NCBI RefSeq assembly: GCF_019464535.1
Contig: NZ_CP080507.1
Location: 2,430,001-2,462,000, forward strand
Direction of reading: 5' to 3'
DNA from: Horticoccus luteus
Lineage (GTDB): Bacteria; Verrucomicrobiota; Verrucomicrobiia; Opitutales; Opitutaceae
DNA length: 32,000 bases
Part shown: in pieces, positions 1-8,296 of the stretch
How positions within the stretch are numbered: the first letter of the stretch is position 1
Layout of the letters: every line of letters starts with the position of its first letter
Notes under the pieces: model-generated
Databases searched by the model: none
Told to the model about the DNA's origin: nothing
Seen by the model: the letters and a program-made list of their open reading frames with translations, nothing else
Made by a program: the position numbers and the translations under genes

Positions 1-1
1 G

Positions 2-511
2 TTCAACACCAAGTCCTACGACAACTCGTGGTCCGCGGGCGTCACCGGCAAACTCTTGCCCAAACTCAACGGGTCCTTCCGCGCCGGCTATCAAGTTCGC
101 ACGACCCCCGGAGTGCCTGACTCCGACACCCACGGCCTCTTCCTCACGGGTTCAAGCTCATGGAACTTCGATGCCAAGACGAGTCTCACCGGACAGGTGA
201 CAAAGGATTTTTCGACGACGGCCACCGCGGTAAACATCGACTCCTTCGTCACCTCGCTGGATCTGCAACACACCTTCAACGCCCGACTATCCGCCGGACT
301 CAACCTCGGCTACGGCCACACCCGCTTTCTGGGATCCTTGGGCGGAGGACGGCGCGACGATTACCTCACGTGGGGCGGAAATTTAAACTACACGATGCGC
401 GACTATCTCAAGTTTTCGGTCACCTATACGTGGTTTGAAAACTGGTCCACCTTGAGCTTTTCCGATTTTATCCGGCAATCCGTGACCTTTACCGTTAGCA
501 CCCGTTTCTGA
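2..511 (+). CDS. Outer-membrane beta-barrel protein, C-terminal fragment (gene begins upstream of the window)
   Basis: The frame is open from the window edge. It shows an alternating polar/hydrophobic beta-strand pattern rich in G/T/S/N. It ends in ...FTVSTRF, with the C-terminal Phe typical of BAM-inserted OMPs. It lies directly upstream of polysaccharide export genes, the position of an EpsL-like OMP in PEP-CTERM/EPS loci. Confidence 0.55.
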   Translation, partial: FNTKSYDNSWSAGVTGKLLPKLNGSFRAGYQVRTTPGVPDSDTHGLFLTGSSSWNFDAKTSLTGQVTKDFSTTATAVNIDSFVTSLDLQHTFNARLSAGLNLGYGHTRFLGSLGGGRRDDYLTWGGNLNYTMRDYLKFSVTYTWFENWSTLSFSDFIRQSVTFTVSTRF

Positions 512-516
512 TCTCG

Positions 517-1158
517 ATGCGCTTTATCTTCTCTCGCTCCTTGGTCGCATTCCTCGCCGTCTTACTCTCGAGCTTCGTGCTGCGTTCGGTCGCCACCGCC
601 CAGCCGACCGAGACGAAGAATTACGACTACAAACTCACGCCCACCGATCGCGTTCGGATCGCGATCTTTCAGGAGGAAGATCTTTCCACCATCGCGCGCA
701 TCGATGCGAAGGGCTGTGTGAATCTACCCTTGGTCGGCGAAGTCCGTCTCGCCGGCATGACCCGCACCGACGCGCAGCTCGCGATCGAGAAAGCATATCA
801 CGACGGGCGTTTTTTGCGCACCCCGCAGGTGACGATCACGGTCGAGGATTACGCCCCTCGTGAGGTCTCCATTTCCGGCGCGGTGAACTCCCCCGGTCGT
901 TATCCGCTCCCGATCGAATCATCGATGAGTGTATTGGAACTCATCACCCGAGCTGGCGGATTCCGCGACACGGCCAAAGGCACGGCGGTCCGGGTCACAC
1001 GTATCTCTCCTGGCGATAATAACACCGACCAGAAATCCCAAACCTTCATCATCGACGTCGAAAGCCTCATCAAAGGCAAAGACCGTTCCAAACTGAAGGA
1101 AAACGCCCTCATGCTCGAGGCGGGCGACGTTGTCTACGTTCCTGAACGCATCATTTAA
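517..1158 (+). CDS. Polysaccharide export protein (Wza/Poly_export plus SLBB-like), periplasmic/outer-membrane
   Basis: There is an N-terminal signal peptide (MRFIFSRSLVAFLAVLLSSFVLRSVATA). The motif YKLTPTDRVRIAIFQEEDLS...DAKGCVNLPLVGEVRLAGMTRTDAQLAIEKAY is typical of the Poly_export domain and is followed by an SLBB-like segment. Codon usage is GC3-rich like neighbouring genes. Confidence 0.85.
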   Translation: MRFIFSRSLVAFLAVLLSSFVLRSVATAQPTETKNYDYKLTPTDRVRIAIFQEEDLSTIARIDAKGCVNLPLVGEVRLAGMTRTDAQLAIEKAYHDGRFLRTPQVTITVEDYAPREVSISGAVNSPGRYPLPIESSMSVLELITRAGGFRDTAKGTAVRVTRISPGDNNTDQKSQTFIIDVESLIKGKDRSKLKENALMLEAGDVVYVPERII

Positions 1159-3319
1159 TTCGATGTCCGAGTCCCCCGTCAAACCACCGTCAGGCGTGCA
1201 ACACGCTGCCGAAGAGGAAGCGATCGAGCGCCGCACGCTGCGTGATTACATCATCACGCTCCGCGAACGTTTGTGGATCGCCCTCCCCCTCGCGCTGATC
1301 GTTTCGCTCACGATGGCGTATCAACAAATGAAGCAGACGCCGATGTATTCCAGCTCGGCGACGCTGCAATTCGAACGCCCGGAAAAAGTCGTGCTCAATG
1401 AGCAGGTGGTCGACGAATCCGTGCGCAGCGACGTCGATCTTAATACCAATATTCAGGTCCTCAACAGCGGCCAGTTGCGGTCCCGCGTCATCGAGTCAAT
1501 CACCCCCGAGGAAGCGAAGGTCCTGCAAGCACCTTATCTGGCGTCCCTCAAACCTGGCGAATCGCCTCCCTCTGTCGGCGCGGCGCTCGGCTCGATCAGC
1601 GTCGAGCCCCTGCGCAACAGTCTCCTGCTGCGAATCAGCGTCAGCCACCGCAGCCCCACGGCCGCCGCGTTGATTGCCAACCGCTATGTCGACGAATTCA
1701 TGCAGTATCTCGTGGATTCGAAAGGCGGCAAAAACGACTTTGCCGTCAGCTACCTGCGCACGCGCGCCGAGCAGCTGCGGCACGAGTCCGAAACCGCTGA
1801 ACAGCGGCTGCAGCAATACATGCAGCAGCAGAATCTCGTCTCGCTCGACAACAGTATCAACATCGTCACCGACCGCCTCAAAAGCGTGAACGGCGCCCTG
1901 ACCTCTGCGCGCCTCGAGCGTCTGCAACTCGAAACGCTCTACAACCAGATCACCAGCTTCCAAAAGGACGGCAAGAACCTCCTCGATATCACTTATATCG
2001 CCACGCATGGCCCCATCCCGAGTCTCAAGGGACAACTGACCGATTTGCAGCGCTCTCAGTCGGTCCTCGCCGATCGTTATCTTGAGCGGCATCCGAAAAT
2101 GATCGAATTGGCGAACGCGATCAGCGTCGCCCAAAATCAGCTGTCCGCCGCCGTCAACGATGCCATCGCCGACCTCTCCGCCAGCCTCTCCAAGGCGCGC
2201 ACGACCGAGGCGAACATGCAAAAGGAATACGCGGCGCACGAACAAGAAGCCTTTCGCCTCCGTGAACTCTCGGTGGACTTCAAGAGCCTCGAAAACCAGG
2301 CCAACGTCGCGAAAAACAACTACGTCGAAATTCTGAATCGGCTCAACCAAGCCACCACCAGCAAGAATCTCGACAATATCCCCGTGCGCCCGCTGGACCG
2401 CGCGGTGCCGGCCGGCGCTCCCTTCTCGCCGAACATCCAGCGCATCCTCAAGTCCTGCATCGGCACGGGCATCATTGTATTTCTCGCGGTCGCGATCGGC
2501 ATCAGCTTCATCGACGATCGCATCAAGAGCGCTTGGGACGTCGAGTCCTTCATCGGCGCCAACCTTCTGGGCATCATTCCTGATCTCAGTTCGGTCAAGG
2601 ACGATGAAAAATATCGCCTCGTCCTCAACAGCAACGCCCACGGCGCGGAGGCGTTTCTCGGCATCTACAGCGCCGCTAAAATTTATTCCAAACTCGATTT
2701 CCCGAAATCGATTCTGGTGACCAGCACGATTCCCGGCGAAGGCAAAACCCTCGTCTCCTGCAATCTCGCCGGCTGCTTCGCCCGCCATGGCAAAAAGACG
2801 CTGCTGATCGATTGCGATCTCCGTCGCCCAATGCTCCACCGGCATTTCAACCAGCAGAACGACGCCGGTCTCATGCTCTGGTATGAAAACGGCGCCAAAC
2901 TCGACGGCGATCTCATGACGGATGCCCACCTCGGGCTCACTCAGGTCGGCGACAATCTTTGGCTCCTTTGCTCCGGCGGCCGCTCGAAGACGCCCACCGA
3001 ACTCCTCGAAAACGCCGCTTTCGGCCAGCTCCTCGAACGCTTCAAACGCCTCTTTGATGTGGTGCTCGTGGATTCGCCGCCGCTCGGCGCCGTCACCGAC
3101 AGTCTGCTGATCGCTGAACGCACCGACGAGGTCATCTACGTCTGCCGCTTCAATCGCGCCTACCGAAAACACATCCGCCTTTACATGCGCGCGCTGCGCG
3201 GCGGCAAAAACGAAGTGCTCGGGGTCGTCCTCAACGGTCTCTCGCCCCGGCGCATCGAATATTATTCCAACTACCGGTATTACCGGAGCTACAAGAAATA
3301 TTACGGCTCGCAGACCTAG
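1130..3319 (+). CDS. Polysaccharide chain-length determinant fused to a BY-type tyrosine autokinase (Wzc/GumC/EpsF-EpsG-like)
   Basis: The N-terminal Wzz-like region has a TM segment, a long coiled-coil periplasmic part and a second TM segment. The C-terminal P-loop ATPase carries Walker A (SFPGEGKT-like: TIPGEGKTLVS) and a VLVDSPP Walker B-like motif. A terminal Tyr cluster is present (RRIEYYSNYRYYRSYKKYYGSQT). An alternative in-frame ATG at 1163 would avoid the overlap with the upstream gene. Confidence 0.9.
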   Translation: MSTFLNASFNSMSESPVKPPSGVQHAAEEEAIERRTLRDYIITLRERLWIALPLALIVSLTMAYQQMKQTPMYSSSATLQFERPEKVVLNEQVVDESVRSDVDLNTNIQVLNSGQLRSRVIESITPEEAKVLQAPYLASLKPGESPPSVGAALGSISVEPLRNSLLLRISVSHRSPTAAALIANRYVDEFMQYLVDSKGGKNDFAVSYLRTRAEQLRHESETAEQRLQQYMQQQNLVSLDNSINIVTDRLKSVNGALTSARLERLQLETLYNQITSFQKDGKNLLDITYIATHGPIPSLKGQLTDLQRSQSVLADRYLERHPKMIELANAISVAQNQLSAAVNDAIADLSASLSKARTTEANMQKEYAAHEQEAFRLRELSVDFKSLENQANVAKNNYVEILNRLNQATTSKNLDNIPVRPLDRAVPAGAPFSPNIQRILKSCIGTGIIVFLAVAIGISFIDDRIKSAWDVESFIGANLLGIIPDLSSVKDDEKYRLVLNSNAHGAEAFLGIYSAAKIYSKLDFPKSILVTSTIPGEGKTLVSCNLAGCFARHGKKTLLIDCDLRRPMLHRHFNQQNDAGLMLWYENGAKLDGDLMTDAHLGLTQVGDNLWLLCSGGRSKTPTELLENAAFGQLLERFKRLFDVVLVDSPPLGAVTDSLLIAERTDEVIYVCRFNRAYRKHIRLYMRALRGGKNEVLGVVLNGLSPRRIEYYSNYRYYRSYKKYYGSQT

Positions 3320-3373
3320 TCGTCGCCCGCAATTCCGGGTCGACGCCCCGCCCCTCTTCGCCAGCTTGGCCCT

Positions 3374-4216
3374 GTGCTCTCCGCGTTTCTTCCCGCTGAT
3401 TTCGACGCCCGGCGCCCTCTTGCGCTGATTGCGGGTCAAGGCGTCTATCCTCAGCTCGTGGCCGCCGCCGCGCGCGAAGCAGGTGTGCCGGTGCGGTTGA
3501 TCGCCTTCGAAGAAGAAACCCGCACGGAGTTGGTGGACGCGTTTCCCGAGAGCGAGCGCGCCCTGCTGCGCGTCGGGCAACTCGGCCGCATGCTCAAGGC
3601 GCTGGAGCGATTCGGTGTCGGTTCCGCCCTGATGGCCGGCCAAATTACGCCGCGCCGGCTTTTTCGCGGACTTCATCCTGATCTTAAAGCAACCCGCATC
3701 CTCCTCTCGCTGAAGCGCCGTAATGCCGAGACGATCTTCGGCGCCATCGCCGCGGAGATGGAGCAGATCGGCGTGCAACTGCTCGACGCCCGCTCCTTTC
3801 TCGACGCCCATCTGGCCTCGCCCGGGTGCATGACCGGACGCACCTTCCCCGTGTCTGCTGACTACGTCGAGCATGGCATTCACATTGCTCGCGAATGTGC
3901 ACGCCTCGATATCGGCCAGGGCTGCGTCGTGCGCAAAGGCACCGTGCTTGCCGTCGAGGCGTTTGAGGGCACCGATGACATGCTGCGCCGCGCCGGCACT
4001 TTCAAAACCGATGGCTCCTTGTTCGTGAAGACCGTGAAAAGCCACCAGGATTATCGCTTCGACGTTCCGTGCTTCGGGCTGCGCACGCTTGAGGTCATGC
4101 GCGAAGCCGGTCTCGCCGCGGCCGCGCTGGAGTCCGGCCGCGTCCTCGTGCTCGAGAAACCCGCCGTGCTGACGCAAGCCAAGGCGTGGGGCATCAGCCT
4201 GCTCGGCTTCGAGTGA
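3374..4216 (+). CDS. lpxI: UDP-2,3-diacylglucosamine pyrophosphatase LpxI (DUF1009 family)
   Basis: It uses a GTG start. The N-terminus LALIAGQGVYP and the C-terminal IGQGCVVRKGTVLAVEAFEGTDDMLRRAG are the characteristic LpxI motifs. The length is ~280 aa. Confidence 0.8.
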   Translation: MLSAFLPADFDARRPLALIAGQGVYPQLVAAAAREAGVPVRLIAFEEETRTELVDAFPESERALLRVGQLGRMLKALERFGVGSALMAGQITPRRLFRGLHPDLKATRILLSLKRRNAETIFGAIAAEMEQIGVQLLDARSFLDAHLASPGCMTGRTFPVSADYVEHGIHIARECARLDIGQGCVVRKGTVLAVEAFEGTDDMLRRAGTFKTDGSLFVKTVKSHQDYRFDVPCFGLRTLEVMREAGLAAAALESGRVLVLEKPAVLTQAKAWGISLLGFE

Positions 4217-4263
4217 GTCGCCCCCACTTGCGCTTTCCCACCGGGACGCGCAAATTCTTCCCC

Positions 4264-4740
4264 ATGCCAAATCAAGCCGTCGTTGTCACAGTGAAGGGAG
4301 TCATGCCCACCGCCAACGGCTGCGCGGTCTTTCTGGGTAATGAGGATAAAACCTTTGTCATTTACGTCGACCAGTCGGTCGGCAACGCGATTCAAATGAC
4401 GCTCAACGGCGTTAAAAAGGAGCGTCCGCTGACACACGATCTGATCAGCCACATCCTCACCGGTCTCAATGCGCGCATCGATCATGTCGTCGTCAACGAT
4501 GCCCAGGAGGGCACGTTTTTCGCCCGCATCCTGTTGCGCATGGAAAACGAACTTGGCCTGAAAATCGTGGAAATCGACGCCCGACCAAGCGACTCCATCG
4601 TGCTCGCGCTGCAACAGAAGCGTCCCATCCTCGTCGCCCCGGCGGTTTTCTCGGCCGTTGAAGACATGACCGAAATCCTCGAGCGCGTGCTCCAGCAACA
4701 GTCAGAGCAGGACGACGAGCCTGACGAAGAATCGCTCTAG
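4264..4740 (+). CDS. Bifunctional nuclease family protein (BFN/DUF151)
   Basis: The sequence VVVTVKGVMPTANGCAVFLGNEDKTFVIYVDQSVGNAIQMTLNGVKKERPLTHDL...IDARPSDSIVLAL matches the DUF151 pattern, and the tail is acidic. I prefer the ATG at 4264 over the tracked upstream start at 4186. Confidence 0.8.
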   Translation: MPNQAVVVTVKGVMPTANGCAVFLGNEDKTFVIYVDQSVGNAIQMTLNGVKKERPLTHDLISHILTGLNARIDHVVVNDAQEGTFFARILLRMENELGLKIVEIDARPSDSIVLALQQKRPILVAPAVFSAVEDMTEILERVLQQQSEQDDEPDEESL

Positions 4741-4746
4741 GCCGGC

Positions 4747-5826
4747 ATGACCGCTCTCGCTCCTCTCCCGGCCCCCCTCGTCGCCGGTGCGCCGCTGACG
4801 GCGCTCGCGCCGATGCAGGATGTGACTGACCTCGCCTTCATGCGGGTCATCGCGCACTACGGCGCACCCGATTATTTCTTCACCGAGTTTTTCCGCGTCC
4901 ATGCGCAATCCCGTCCGGAAAAACACATTCTTCGCTCGATCGACGAAAACACGACCGGACGTCCCGTCTTCGCCCAACTGATTGGCGAAAACATCACCGA
5001 TCTCCAGCGCACGGCGGAGGAACTGTTAACGCACCGCGTCGCTGGCATCGATCTCAACCTCGGTTGTCCCGCCCCCAAGGTTTACAAAAAGAACGTCGGC
5101 GGCGGCCTGCTGCGCGAACCCGATAAGATCGCTGAAATTTTCGGAGCGCTCCGCGCCTGCGTGCCGGGACTTTTTACCGTCAAGATGCGCCTCGGCTTCG
5201 ATGACATGTCGCCCTTCGAACGCATTCTCGACCTGGTCAACGAACATCGTGTCGACCTTCTGAGCGTGCATGGTCGCACCGTGAAGGAAATGTATCGCGG
5301 CGAAGTGCATTACGACTTCATCGCTCGCGCCGTCAGTCGGGTCGCATGCCCCGTTCTCGCCAACGGCAACATCACCTCCGCCGCCCGCGCCGCTGCCGTC
5401 CTTGCGCACACCAAGGCAGCCGGCGTCATGCTCGGCCGCCACGCCATCCGTAATCCCTGGCTCTTCCGCCAGTGCCGCGAGCTTTTCGCCGGGCAACCGG
5501 TCACGCGGGTTTCACTCGGCGACGTGCGCGATTACATCGAACGACTTTACCGCGCGACGCAGGCGCCCGGCATTCCAGAGCGCGCCCACGTGAATCGCAT
5601 GAAAAAATACCTGAACTTCGTCGGGCAAAGCGTGGACGCCGGCGGCGCGTTTCTGCACGACATGCGGCGGGCCGAAAGCGAAGCGGAACTTTTTCACGTT
5701 TGCGACCGGCACCTCCTCGCTGATCCTTCGCGTCTCTTTGCCGATGAACCTTACCCCGGCGTGATTGCGCGTCCGAATTGCGAGACCGCACTGACCCCGT
5801 GTTCGCTCGACAGCGTCAGCGCCTAG
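4747..5826 (+). CDS. tRNA-dihydrouridine synthase (Dus family, subtype not assigned)
   Basis: The motifs LAPMQDVTDLAFMRV, IDLNLGCPAPKVYKKNVGGGLL and LSVHGRT are hallmark Dus/FMN TIM-barrel motifs. Confidence 0.9.
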   Translation: MTALAPLPAPLVAGAPLTALAPMQDVTDLAFMRVIAHYGAPDYFFTEFFRVHAQSRPEKHILRSIDENTTGRPVFAQLIGENITDLQRTAEELLTHRVAGIDLNLGCPAPKVYKKNVGGGLLREPDKIAEIFGALRACVPGLFTVKMRLGFDDMSPFERILDLVNEHRVDLLSVHGRTVKEMYRGEVHYDFIARAVSRVACPVLANGNITSAARAAAVLAHTKAAGVMLGRHAIRNPWLFRQCRELFAGQPVTRVSLGDVRDYIERLYRATQAPGIPERAHVNRMKKYLNFVGQSVDAGGAFLHDMRRAESEAELFHVCDRHLLADPSRLFADEPYPGVIARPNCETALTPCSLDSVSA

Positions 5827-5839
5827 GCCGCGCCGGGCG

Positions 5840-6400
5840 TCATTGCGGCGGCAGTCCGAGCTTTTCGCGTCCGGCGGCAGAGATCATGTGCGGCGTCCAA
5901 ATCGGATCCCACACGATATGCACCTTGGCCGTGACCACCGTCGGCAAGGCCGCGATTTTTTGTCGCGCATCCTCCGCGATGACCGGCCCCATGCCGCAAC
6001 CCGGTGCCGTCAAGGTCATCTTCACATCGACGTGTCGTCCTCCTGCCACCGGTTCGATCGCTAAATCGTAAACCAAGCCGAGATCGACGATGTTGACCGG
6101 AATCTCCGGGTCGAAGCAGGTCTTCAACGCCTCCCACACCGCCGTCTCGCTGAACTCGCCGCTTCCCTCCACCGGTGTCTCGGAAGGCAGCTCGAAGCCC
6201 TCAATTGCACTCACGTCTTCCCGGGCGATGCGCGCCAGTCCGGCATCAATGCGCACCGTGATGTTGCCGCCCAGCGTCTGCATTACGCTCACCTCGCTCC
6301 CGGCGGCCAAGGTAATGGCGTCACCCGCGGGAATTCGCGTCGCGCTGCAGTCGCGGTTCAATCGATACGTTGTGGAATCCATGAATCGTTCATTTGACAC
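5840..6400 (-). CDS. sufT: Fe-S cluster assembly protein SufT-like (long DUF59/MIP18 form)
   Basis: The C-terminal DUF59 core is VWEALKTCFDPEIPVNIVDLGLVY...MTLTAPGCGMG...VWDPIWTPHMIS, preceded by the N-terminal extension typical of the long SufT form. The tracked start overlaps the sppA stop by 11 nt. An alternative ATG at 6382 removes the overlap. Confidence 0.75.
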   Translation of the reverse strand: MSNERFMDSTTYRLNRDCSATRIPAGDAITLAAGSEVSVMQTLGGNITVRIDAGLARIAREDVSAIEGFELPSETPVEGSGEFSETAVWEALKTCFDPEIPVNIVDLGLVYDLAIEPVAGGRHVDVKMTLTAPGCGMGPVIAEDARQKIAALPTVVTAKVHIVWDPIWTPHMISAAGREKLGLPPQ

Positions 6401-8189
6401 TCAACTCCAACGGCAGGCGCGCATAAAGCCCCGCCGGATCGTTGAAACTATGGAGCGTCTTGATCTGCGTTTTGACGCGCGTGGTGATCTCACGCAGCAC
6501 GCCTTCCCCGGTGTCCATTCCCGGCCGGTCATGTCCCAGCCAGTCGCTAATGGCTTCGCCCAAATCCTTTTTCCGGGGAAACTCTTCCACCCGATAGTCG
6601 CGCCCCAAATGCCCTTCCTTCGCCGCGTATTGCAGCGCGATTTCGAGGCCGCCGATCTCATCAACCAACCCGAGCTTCTTGGCTTCGCTGCCTGACCACA
6701 CGCGGCCTTGCGCGATTTCCTCCACGGCGGCCGGATCGAGGTGACGCGACTCGGCCACTTTCCGGACAAACTCGCCATAAATCCAGTCCACCATCCGTTG
6801 GAAGATTGCCAATTCCTCCGGCGTCTTGGGCCGCGAAATTGTGATCGCATCGGCGAATTTTCCCGTCTTCACGCTGTCAAACGTGATGCCAAAATCGTTC
6901 GCGAGCCGCTTCACATCAAACTGGATCCCGAACACGCCGATCGATCCCGTGATCGTCGTCGGCTCCGCGAAAATCCTGTTGCCGTAGGTGGAAATCCAAT
7001 AGCCGCCCGACGCCGCGTAACTGCCCATCGAAATCACCACCGGCTTTTTTTCGCGCGCCAGCCGCACTTCGCGTTGAATCGCTTCCGACGCCGAGACCGA
7101 GCCGCCGGGACTGTTGACGCGGATCACGATCGCCTTGATCGCGTCATCCTCTCGGAAATCGCGTAAGGCGCGGGCGAACTTCGTCCCGCCGACTTCGCCG
7201 CGATCCCCTTCGCCATCGACGATGGACCCCTCCGCGTAAACGAGGCCGATCTTCCCGCGATTTTGGGCGAGGTTGGGCCGCGCATCGAGTCCGACCGCTT
7301 TGATGTATTCATCCAACGCGATCTGTTTGAACGACTGTTTGGAGCCGCGCCGCCCGGTCTGCGTCTTCAATTCGTCGATCAATTCGTCGCGATAGACCAC
7401 GCGATCAACGAGCTTGGCGTCGCGCGCCGCTTCCGGGCGGATCAGCCCTTCGGCATCGACCACGCGCTGCACCTCGCCTGCGCTGATCCCGCGGCTGCGG
7501 CCGACCTCGGCGCGCAATTGTCCCCAGATGTCGCTGAGCAGCCGCTGCGTCTCCTCGCGGTTTTCCGGGCTCATTTCCTTGCGCGTGAATGGCTCCACGT
7601 AGCTCTTGTATTTGCCCACGCGAGTGACCTGCACGCCAATGCCGTATTTCTCAAATGCGCCCGCAAAAAACACCGGCTCCGAGGCCAGACCAGGCATCAC
7701 GATCATGCCGTAGGGATCGAGCGCGATATCGGAAGCGACCGAGGCGAGGTAGTAGTCCCGCGTGGTCGCATAAGTCAGATACGCGTGCACGGGCTTTCCC
7801 GCCTTGCGCACCGCCATCAGCGCTCCGCGCACTTCCCGCAACGCCGCATAACCCGAGCCGAGTTCCGCTGGCGAAATTGAGCCGATCAGCACCACACCCT
7901 TGATCCTGTCATCGTGGGCCGCGCGCTGCAGCGCCCGCGTCACATTTCGCACTTGCAACGTTTTCCGCCGCCCGCCCGTGATCTCGCTCAGGTCGAATTC
8001 CGGCGGGCCATCCACGATGTTCGTCGAAAGGTTAAAGACCAGAAAAGATCCGTTTTCCACCGGCGCCACGTGCTTTTGGCCCAGCGCGGCCAGCGCCCCG
8101 ATCAGCAACACCATCACCACCACGGCGCCACCGGCAAAAATCACGAGCGCCACCAGCGAGCCGAGCATCGACGTGATGAAGTTTCTCAT
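6390..8189 (-). CDS. sppA: Signal peptide peptidase SppA, 67K (two-domain S49) type
   Basis: There is an N-terminal TM anchor (MRNFITSMLGSLVALVIFAGGAVVVMVLLIGALA). Two S49 repeats are present, including RVNSPGGSVSASE and SMGSYAASGGYWIS. I chose the ATG at 8189; the tracked ORF extends to 8264. Confidence 0.9.
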   Translation of the reverse strand: MRNFITSMLGSLVALVIFAGGAVVVMVLLIGALAALGQKHVAPVENGSFLVFNLSTNIVDGPPEFDLSEITGGRRKTLQVRNVTRALQRAAHDDRIKGVVLIGSISPAELGSGYAALREVRGALMAVRKAGKPVHAYLTYATTRDYYLASVASDIALDPYGMIVMPGLASEPVFFAGAFEKYGIGVQVTRVGKYKSYVEPFTRKEMSPENREETQRLLSDIWGQLRAEVGRSRGISAGEVQRVVDAEGLIRPEAARDAKLVDRVVYRDELIDELKTQTGRRGSKQSFKQIALDEYIKAVGLDARPNLAQNRGKIGLVYAEGSIVDGEGDRGEVGGTKFARALRDFREDDAIKAIVIRVNSPGGSVSASEAIQREVRLAREKKPVVISMGSYAASGGYWISTYGNRIFAEPTTITGSIGVFGIQFDVKRLANDFGITFDSVKTGKFADAITISRPKTPEELAIFQRMVDWIYGEFVRKVAESRHLDPAAVEEIAQGRVWSGSEAKKLGLVDEIGGLEIALQYAAKEGHLGRDYRVEEFPRKKDLGEAISDWLGHDRPGMDTGEGVLREITTRVKTQIKTLHSFNDPAGLYARLPLELSVK

Positions 8190-8296
8190 GGCCGCACAGG
8201 CTAGAAGGTTTCCCCGCGTCAGCCAGTCGAAAGCACATCGCCGGTTTCGCGGGATGCTTTCCAAGCCACACGATTCCTGCTTGCGTCCCGGTTCCG

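Noticed and set aside
1496-4270. 924-aa ORF on the - strand spanning the Wzc-like gene and lpxI
   Set aside because: It is antisense to two genes with clear family signatures. Its product is low-complexity and rich in Ala, Gly, Arg, Asp and Glu. Such long stop-free antisense frames are expected in high-GC DNA with GC3-rich codons.
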